In this document: piece by piece, positions 57,488 through 64,000 of the stretch
Position numbering within the stretch: the stretch's first letter is position 1
Layout: each line of letters starts with the position of its first letter
NCBI GenBank assembly: GCA_965205975.1
Contig: OZ242195.1
Span: 2,208,001-2,272,000 of the forward strand
DNA length: 64,000 nucleotides
Reading direction: 5' to 3'
DNA from: Candidatus Latescibacterota bacterium
Lineage (GTDB): Bacteria; Latescibacterota; UBA2968
Made by a program: the position numbers and the translations under genes
The notes under the pieces: generated by a model
Database searches by the model: none
Seen by the model: only the letters and a program-made list of their open reading frames with translations
Told to the model about the DNA's origin: nothing

Positions 57488-58522
57488 ATGCGGCTGTGCA
57501 AACTATCGAGAGAGCTGAGAGATGCGTACCGGGGATCGGGCGTCGCACGTCGAGTGCAGCACTTCGACGGCTGGCTTGACCGGGCGGCGCTGGAACCCGG
57601 TGGCCCGGGCGGGTACGATCACACGGAAACAGTGAAAGACTATTACGACCTTTGCAGCGGGTTCATGGTGTGGGGCTGGGGCCAGTCCCTGCACTTCGCG
57701 CCCCTCACGCCTCATGAGAGTCTGGAGGAGTCTCAGGTCCGGCATCAGCGGCTGATGATTTCCAAGTTGGAACTGCAACAGGGTATGACAGTGATCGACG
57801 TTGGTTGTGGAGTCGGCGCCCCCATGCGCCGCGTCGTCCGTGAGGCTGGTGTCAGGGTTGTAGGAATCAACATCAATGAGATCCAGTTGGAAGAGGCGAA
57901 GAGGTTGAACGCCGAGGCAGGGCTTGATCACATGGTCGATTTCGAGACGTGCAGCTTCATGGACATGAGCATCATTGAGGACGACACCTTCGACCGGGGT
58001 TATGCCATAGAGTCAACGTGCCATGCACCGGACAAGCAACGCGCCTTCGAAGAGGTATTCCGCGTGCTGAAACCCGGTGCCCTGTTCTGGGGGCAGGAAA
58101 TGTGTCTGACGGGCAAGTTCAATCCGAAGGACGACCGGCATCGGGCCATCAAGGAGGATCTCATGCGCGGCATTGCGCTGAGGGACATCGCCACCTTCGA
58201 GGAAGTGAATCACGCGCTCGGAGCCGCGGGATTCCAAGTCATGGAAGGGATGGACCGGGCGATCCAGGAAGGACCCTCCACACCTTGGTATCAACCCATG
58301 GAGAGTCGCCATGGGACGGTTGGAAACGCCTTGCGCAGGCTTCCTTGGGGCCGTAAAGCGGTCATCACAGGATCGAAGCTGGCTGAAGTACTGCGGCTCT
58401 TTCCGAAGGGCTCCGCGGAAGTCATCCGACTCCTGGATCGGACCGCGGAGGCTTATATCGCGGGCGGCAAGGCGGGTATCTTTACGCCGCTGTACTGTTT
58501 CTTGGCTCGCAAGCCTCTTTAG
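57488..58522 (+). CDS. sterol C24-methyltransferase-like SAM methyltransferase (SMT/Erg6-like)
   Basis: YYD...WGWGQSLHFA, DVGCGVGAP.R, YAIESTCHAP, LKPG, C-terminal GG..GIFTP.Y. Confidence 0.82.
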   Translation: MRLCKLSRELRDAYRGSGVARRVQHFDGWLDRAALEPGGPGGYDHTETVKDYYDLCSGFMVWGWGQSLHFAPLTPHESLEESQVRHQRLMISKLELQQGMTVIDVGCGVGAPMRRVVREAGVRVVGININEIQLEEAKRLNAEAGLDHMVDFETCSFMDMSIIEDDTFDRGYAIESTCHAPDKQRAFEEVFRVLKPGALFWGQEMCLTGKFNPKDDRHRAIKEDLMRGIALRDIATFEEVNHALGAAGFQVMEGMDRAIQEGPSTPWYQPMESRHGTVGNALRRLPWGRKAVITGSKLAEVLRLFPKGSAEVIRLLDRTAEAYIAGGKAGIFTPLYCFLARKPL

Positions 58523-58555
58523 GCGCGCCTAGGCGCGCCTTCGCGCGGGCCCCTC

Positions 58556-59653
58556 TTAGTCGGAGACCGAGTCCCCACTTCCCTTCGCAATCGTCGGATC
58601 GGGATAGAACTGCTGGCAATACCGGCGGTACTTCCCTATGGGGCCGTCGGCCCTACACAGCCTGGGGGGAGACCGATACCGCTTCCGTTCCCAGATCACC
58701 ACATCCTGCAGGACATCCCGTTTCTGTTGTGACATTAAAATACGATTCATTAACCTGTGCCGCAGCTTCATCGGCAGAAACCCCAGACCTGAGATAAATC
58801 GCCGGGGCTTGCGGATTTCCCTCAGTTGGCTGACCAGTACAAGATCGATGAGGGTGCCATCAATGGGCGTTGCGAGTACCCACAACCTCGCATTCATATC
58901 AATAGTTTTCTCGTGGATCTCGACGAAGGAGTAGCCCAGTCCATAGACATGGGTGATAGCCGAGGGTTCGTACACGAGGTCCTTTACACCCAGGATCCTG
59001 CGAACGCGTTTGAAGTCGAAGCAACTCTTCAGGTAGGCGCCCTCCACCTTTACCGAACCGACCGGATTCACATTGTCGTAACCATGCACATAGCGCAGGT
59101 GTCCCAGATCTACTGAGTTCTCGGTTGTTTCCTGGGGATGTCCACGGAACCGGAATATGTTGAATCTCAGTTCACACCACTCTTGTCCAGTGGTTGGCTC
59201 AGCTGGTAGATCCCACTGCGACGACCGTCCGCCGCTCCCAAACCAGGCGAAGACCATGCCGAGGATCTCTCGCGTCTCATATACTTTCAGCCTCGCGGCT
59301 CTCGGTGCCGGGGCGTTCGGAGTCGCAACGCATTGACCGGTCGTATCGTACTCAAATCCGTGAAACGGACAGACGAGCCTACCATTGCATATCTTCCCAC
59401 CGACCTCCGGTCCCATGTGCGAGCCCAGGTGCGGACATACCGCGTCGGCCACACAGACACGGCCTGCATCGTCGCACCATGCGACGATTTCCTCCCCCAG
59501 CCACGTCTTCTCGATCAGTTTCTCTCGCAAAATGGAATCGCGGCTTGCGACGAAATACCACCCTTCAGGGAACGGCGGTAGCGCATCAGCGCCATTCATG
59601 ACCGGTCGATTAGTATCACTGGTTCGTAAATCCGCAGATTCTGTCAAAGACAT
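58556..59653 (-). CDS. Rieske non-heme iron oxygenase, Neverland/DAF-36 (sterol 7-desaturase) or KshA-like
   Basis: P.GWY, CPHLG...CPFHG, ENSVD.GH...VH, QDV.IW..K.Y...P.LC.ADGPI..YRR...QFY. Confidence 0.8.
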   Translation of the reverse strand: MSLTESADLRTSDTNRPVMNGADALPPFPEGWYFVASRDSILREKLIEKTWLGEEIVAWCDDAGRVCVADAVCPHLGSHMGPEVGGKICNGRLVCPFHGFEYDTTGQCVATPNAPAPRAARLKVYETREILGMVFAWFGSGGRSSQWDLPAEPTTGQEWCELRFNIFRFRGHPQETTENSVDLGHLRYVHGYDNVNPVGSVKVEGAYLKSCFDFKRVRRILGVKDLVYEPSAITHVYGLGYSFVEIHEKTIDMNARLWVLATPIDGTLIDLVLVSQLREIRKPRRFISGLGFLPMKLRHRLMNRILMSQQKRDVLQDVVIWERKRYRSPPRLCRADGPIGKYRRYCQQFYPDPTIAKGSGDSVSD

Positions 59654-59698
59654 AAAGGGTCTTACCTCATATTTAAAACATACAAAGCCATATCGCAT

Positions 59699-59742
59699 TA
59701 TCATCTATAAGATATCTACGGCAGATGAGCAAGGTGAAAGAT
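59699..59742 (-). repeat. right copy of the 44-bp direct repeat (promoter-like, upstream of the Rieske gene)
   Basis: 36/44 identical to 51840-51883; minus strand reads TTGCTC-N17-TATAGA. Confidence 0.75.
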
Positions 59743-59743
59743 T

Positions 59744-62095
59744 TTATATTCCAAATCCCCCGCGTCGGTGTTCAAACTTTATTTGCGGGATGTCCTTAAT
59801 ATTGATCTTAAAAAAGAACCCCTTATTAAAACCCGCGGGATACCACGAAAATCGCGCTTCCCAACAGTGCAGATCGCGGTAAAGCGATAGGCTTTGCGCC
59901 GAGATTTTGGCATCGGGCAGAACATCGATATTGATCGAATAGTCAATTCTTATAAATTGGCGAGGATTGATGCCAACATCTGCTTTGATCCAGGATGTTT
60001 TGCTCGTTGTACTGCCAAACCGCCGCATCGCAATATAGTGTGAGAGATTGAATCGCCAGGGTTGGCTGGTGCCACCGAAATCGCTATATAGATCGCGTTC
60101 AAAGCCAAAATCTGCGCCATATCCCCCCCCGTATCCACCGCCATATCCAGCATCATACCCAGGGTCGTATCCATCGGGAAGAGCGGACTGGATAACCATA
60201 TTGCCTCGTCCAGCTCGACCGCCAGAAAAACGGAAATTGGAGGTAATGGTCAGATTCTGCATGCGCGGATGCAAAAGCGAACGCTGGCCTGTACTGTCAT
60301 AGAGCGTATGGGTCATCGCAATGCGAACATCCACGCGGCGATCTGGTTTGAGAGACGCGCTGGCACGAAGCGGACGCCATTTTTGTCTCGGCGCGTCAAA
60401 ATCATATCCCGTTGACAAATTGAGCGTCGCCAGGGTAAAGCGACGCACATCGTCGTCGCGCTGGGTTTTGAGTTCAAAAGTATTGCCGATATTAAAATTT
60501 ATGCTGCGTCTGGCATCGTCCCATCTGCGATTGCCCCCAAAACCCAGAGTTCCTTGAAATATGCTTCCCGATTGATTGTAATTGAAATTGATTCGAGGCT
60601 GAAAACGATGTCGGATGCCGCGCAACTGGCCAATTTGCGGTTGGAAGATGCCGTATAATGTCGTACCCGAAGACAGTGCCGCATTGTAAGACGTGCGTCG
60701 GGTTGTCGAATCGGTATCGCTATATATAAACTCTTCGCCAAAATTAAAGCCCGGCGTGAGATCGAGCCAGCCCATGGGACGGTGTTGGCTGTTGACCGTG
60801 ACGCGGTTTTGAAGAGAGACGCGCTCCGTATTGGGCGCTGGATCGGGGTTGCGCGCAAAGTTATTCGACAAGGTACTCGAAACACCATAATAAAAGGCAC
60901 GATACCACGGTCCCGTAACAGATGTGGGTTCATTACCTCCAAATATGCGGCGTCTGTTTTGTCGAAAGCTGAGGCGGGGAAAGCCCTGAAAACTATTATT
61001 TTTTGTCCTCAGGTCGCGGTAATACGTTAGACTGCCGTCAATGCTGCGCCCGGATTCTATCCAGCGTTTGTCAAAAGAAAAACTGGACCTCAGTTGCCGA
61101 TTGAGATAGCGATAGAGATTATTGCTATTGCGTCGATCAAAGTTGGTACTGGTCGAAAACTGCCCGCTCCCCCTGATATTGGTCGTGGCGTTGAGGCGTT
61201 GCTGATGTTGCAAATTAAAGCGCCAATTGTGAGCCGTAGCATCGCCTGAGGTATCGTGGTCGTATCCGATATCCATTGAGCCACTGAATCGATTGCGTCT
61301 GGCATAAGCAAATCGCGATTCGAGCAAGAATCCACCACGCTCGCGCAAAGTACTCTTAACCGTGGCATCCCAGTATTCACTCGGCGCAAAATAATATCCC
61401 AAATTGTGAACAAAAATGCCATCGCGGCTGTTGCTGCCCACGCCCGGCGTGAGCAAGCCCGATTGCCGCCCGCGCTTGACTGGAAATACAAAAAAAGGAA
61501 CCCAGAAAACGGGAATCGGGCCAATGCGAAAAGTAACAGATCGCCCAATCGCCTTATCATCTTGCAAAATACGCACATTTTTGCACAAAAAATCGTAGTG
61601 TACATGGTCGCGGTCACAGGTACTCAAAGAGAGGTCCAGAGCATTTAGCGCTTTTTGACCATCGAGTACAATGCGGGCACCGCGATAGTGTTTGCGCTGA
61701 TGTGACGCGCGTCCATCTCGCACCCTACCGCGTTCTGTATCCAGGTTATAGATCATGTACTCACCCGATATTTTTTCGCTGCCGCGGGTAAATTGGGGTA
61801 GTCCCACGGTTTTTGCCCCGGTGGAATCGGGCAATGCGCGTGCCGTAACATGCCGGATGTTTTGATCGTATGTGATATAACCGGCTTTGAGTTGCAAATC
61901 GCGATAGCGCAAGATGGCATTGCCGATCAATTCGACGCGCCTGGTCTGTACGTGATAAACAACCTCGTCGGCGTCAAATGTTATGGAATCGCCAGCCACT
62001 TTTTGCGGCAAAACGGGTTGGCACCATCCCGGCGTAATCGCAAATAGCAGGAACAAAACGAGCCACACGGCTTGTATTTTATTACAAGTATTCAT
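59744..62095 (-). CDS. lptD: putative LPS-assembly protein LptD-like outer-membrane barrel
   Basis: Signal peptide, OstA-like N-terminus, STCD, P.FWVPF..FP...RQSGLL.P, GYYFA, YRDLHCWE. Confidence 0.75.
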   Translation of the reverse strand: MNTCNKIQAVWLVLFLLFAITPGWCQPVLPQKVAGDSITFDADEVVYHVQTRRVELIGNAILRYRDLQLKAGYITYDQNIRHVTARALPDSTGAKTVGLPQFTRGSEKISGEYMIYNLDTERGRVRDGRASHQRKHYRGARIVLDGQKALNALDLSLSTCDRDHVHYDFLCKNVRILQDDKAIGRSVTFRIGPIPVFWVPFFVFPVKRGRQSGLLTPGVGSNSRDGIFVHNLGYYFAPSEYWDATVKSTLRERGGFLLESRFAYARRNRFSGSMDIGYDHDTSGDATAHNWRFNLQHQQRLNATTNIRGSGQFSTSTNFDRRNSNNLYRYLNRQLRSSFSFDKRWIESGRSIDGSLTYYRDLRTKNNSFQGFPRLSFRQNRRRIFGGNEPTSVTGPWYRAFYYGVSSTLSNNFARNPDPAPNTERVSLQNRVTVNSQHRPMGWLDLTPGFNFGEEFIYSDTDSTTRRTSYNAALSSGTTLYGIFQPQIGQLRGIRHRFQPRINFNYNQSGSIFQGTLGFGGNRRWDDARRSINFNIGNTFELKTQRDDDVRRFTLATLNLSTGYDFDAPRQKWRPLRASASLKPDRRVDVRIAMTHTLYDSTGQRSLLHPRMQNLTITSNFRFSGGRAGRGNMVIQSALPDGYDPGYDAGYGGGYGGGYGADFGFERDLYSDFGGTSQPWRFNLSHYIAMRRFGSTTSKTSWIKADVGINPRQFIRIDYSINIDVLPDAKISAQSLSLYRDLHCWEARFSWYPAGFNKGFFFKINIKDIPQIKFEHRRGGFGI

Positions 62096-62294
62096 AATTT
62101 TAAAGTGTGTTGTGGATTTTGTGGAGTACAAACGTAAATTCGAGGATTGGAAAAGTCAACAGAGGTTCTATGGTAGAATCCTCTGGATCAATGCTTTGCG
62201 TCATGTCCTGTACAAACAAGGGAATACCTCGGTTGTTCCGTTTTTATTGATATATTTCAGCGGAATCTGTATCTTTACTTTTCGCAACAAATAT

Positions 62295-62381
62295 GCGGAC
62301 GTGGTGGAATTGGCAGACACGCCAGATTTAGGATCTGGTGGGGTAAAACCCGTGGGGGTTCGAGTCCCCCCGTCCGCACCA
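62295..62381 (+). tRNA. tRNA-Leu(TAG)
   Basis: Acceptor GCGGACG/CGTCCGC, D-arm TGGTGGAATTGGCAGACAC, anticodon arm CCAGA-TTTAGGA-TCTGG, long variable arm, GGTTCGAGTCC, encoded CCA. Confidence 0.97.
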
Positions 62382-62428
62382 AAGAACAATCAGGCGATTT
62401 GAGATCACGCCCCGAATTGCTGGCGAGA

Positions 62429-62460
62429 GAACTCCCTCTGGGGAGCTTTTTTATTTTTTT
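62429..62460 (+). terminator. putative rho-independent terminator after the tRNA
   Basis: CTCCC-TCTG-GGGAG stem followed by a T-rich tract. Confidence 0.55.
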
Positions 62461-62501
62461 ACATATCCAATAACAAAAAACAACGTGAAAGCGAGGAATT
62501 T

Positions 62502-63773
62502 GTGGCAGCATTTTTGAATGACGATCAAGTGCGAACAATTCGAGAGGAATTTGGCACCCCTGTATATGTTTACGACCAGCGCACGCTGGAAGCACAGGCC
62601 GAGGCAGTATTGAATTTCCCCAATGCTTTTGGACTAACCGCGCGCTATGCGATGAAGGCATTGCCCAACAGCACCGTAATTCGCATCTTAACGCAAAAGG
62701 GATTGCACATCGACGCCAGCAGTGGATATGAGGCCGAGCGCGCCATGCGGGTTGGTGTGCCTGGTCCGCACATCATGCTTACGGCGCAGCAGATACCCAA
62801 TAATTTGAAACACCTGATCGAACAAGGCGTGATTTTTAATGCGTGTTCCTTGAACCAATTGCGAACTTATGGCGATCTGTTCCCCGGGCGATCCCTTTCC
62901 GTGCGTATCAATCCCGGCATGGGATCCGGGCACAGCAAGCGCACCAATGTGGGAGGACCGACGGCGAGTTTTGGGATCTGGCATGAATATATCTCCGATG
63001 TTCATAAAATTTGCAAACAGCGCGATTTGACAATAACGACCATGCACACGCATATCGGATCGGGCAGCGATCCCGAAGTATGGGAACGCGTCGCACTGAT
63101 GTCATTGAAAATTTGCGTTGGATTTGAAAACGCCACCACATTGAGCCTGGGAGGTGGGTACAAGATTGGGCGTATGTCGGGTGAAGTATCAACGGATTTA
63201 CAGGTGATCGGACAACACATGGCAGAAGCCTTTGAAATGACCGCGAGACAAACCGGACGATCGTTGCGTTTGGAAGTGGAACCCGGCACATATCTGGTCG
63301 CAAATGCCGGCGCAATCGTTGCAACGGCGATTGATGTGGTAGATACCGGGAAAGACGGGTACAAATTCATCAAAACCGATACCGGTATGACCGAAGTGAT
63401 TCGACCGAGCATGTACGGGGCGCAGCACCCTATTGCCGTGGTGCCCGCCGAGAAAGAAGAACGCGGGATTGACGAATATATTGTCGTAGGACATTGTTGT
63501 GAAAGCGGCGACGTATTAACCCCTGCGCCCGATGATCCCGAAGGATTACTGCCCCGGTTATTGACAAAAACAAAAGAGGGAGACGCAGTGGTCATTGACG
63601 GAGCGGGAGCGTATTGTGCGGGCATGTCCTCTAAAAATTACAATTCCTTTCCCGAAGCAGCCGAAGTATTATTGGACAGAGACGGCGCATTGCACTTAAT
63701 TCGGAAACGCCAGACATTAGATCAGGTTTTGGAAAACGAAATTGTACCGGATTTTTTGACCTCTGAGAGCTAA
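62502..63773 (+). CDS. lysA: diaminopimelate decarboxylase
   Basis: GTP.YVYD, YAMKA, DASS..E, RINPG, HTHIGSG, LGGG, EPG, RP.MYG, G.CCESGD, GAY...MSS.NYN. Confidence 0.92.
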   Translation: MAAFLNDDQVRTIREEFGTPVYVYDQRTLEAQAEAVLNFPNAFGLTARYAMKALPNSTVIRILTQKGLHIDASSGYEAERAMRVGVPGPHIMLTAQQIPNNLKHLIEQGVIFNACSLNQLRTYGDLFPGRSLSVRINPGMGSGHSKRTNVGGPTASFGIWHEYISDVHKICKQRDLTITTMHTHIGSGSDPEVWERVALMSLKICVGFENATTLSLGGGYKIGRMSGEVSTDLQVIGQHMAEAFEMTARQTGRSLRLEVEPGTYLVANAGAIVATAIDVVDTGKDGYKFIKTDTGMTEVIRPSMYGAQHPIAVVPAEKEERGIDEYIVVGHCCESGDVLTPAPDDPEGLLPRLLTKTKEGDAVVIDGAGAYCAGMSSKNYNSFPEAAEVLLDRDGALHLIRKRQTLDQVLENEIVPDFLTSES

Positions 63774-63776
63774 TCT

Positions 63777-64000
63777 ATGACTTATGACGCAATTGTATTG
63801 GGCGCCGGGATCAATGGATGCGGTATCGCGCGAGAACTCGCCGAGCGCGGGCAACGGGTGCTGGTACTGGACAAAGGCGCGATTGGCGGCGGCACATCAT
63901 CCAAATCGTCGCGATTGATCCACGGTGGATTGCGCTATTTGGAAACGCGACAATTTGGGCTGGTGCGAGAGGCTTTGGCTGATCGGTTGGAGCTTTTGGG
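63777..64000 (+). CDS. glpD: FAD-dependent glycerol-3-phosphate dehydrogenase, N-terminal part (runs off window)
   Basis: Manual translation: MTYDAIVLGAGINGCGIARELAERG...GGTSSKSSRLIHGGLRYLE. Confidence 0.85.
   Translation, partial: MTYDAIVLGAGINGCGIARELAERGQRVLVLDKGAIGGGTSSKSSRLIHGGLRYLETRQFGLVREALADRLELL

Noticed and set aside
62295..62381. tRNA-Leu as an island attachment site
   Set aside because: No second copy of its 3' end and no integrase were seen in the window.

Overview
Bacterial chromosomal window with a Gram-negative envelope (TonB receptor, LptD-like protein). Sulfatases, a fucosidase, a PhyH dioxygenase, many defence/TA genes and sterol-modifying enzymes suggest a marine host-associated bacterium such as a sponge symbiont; this is inference only. 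A housekeeping backbone (msrA, prlC, glyA with a ZTP riboswitch, priA, rodZ, maf, dtd, lptD-like, tRNA-Leu, lysA, glpD) is interrupted by accessory blocks. The best candidate for a new system is at 34.4-44.0 kb: an RtcR-like (CARF-type) sigma-54 activator, a -24/-12 promoter, and three tandem cassettes. Each cassette has a conserved leader, an ABC/AAA ATPase with a DUF3696-like tail, and a divergent partner with a PLD-like 'FH(D/N)RY' motif; one partner carries an in-frame TAG. A second candidate is a GC-rich island (52-59.7 kb) between lptD and dtd, encoding an RND permease, a GPP34-P450 fusion, a sterol C24-methyltransferase-like enzyme and a Neverland-like Rieske oxygenase, bounded by a duplicated 44-bp promoter-like segment. 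A defence-like patch at 10-20 kb holds a type IIG-like R-M fusion, an LTD-like/2TM pair, an AAA-DUF4143 ATPase, a McrC-like nuclease and VapBC. Several inserted blocks are flanked by degenerate direct repeats of promoter/RBS sequence. No CRISPR array or transposase was seen. All family calls come from motif recognition by eye; no searches were run.
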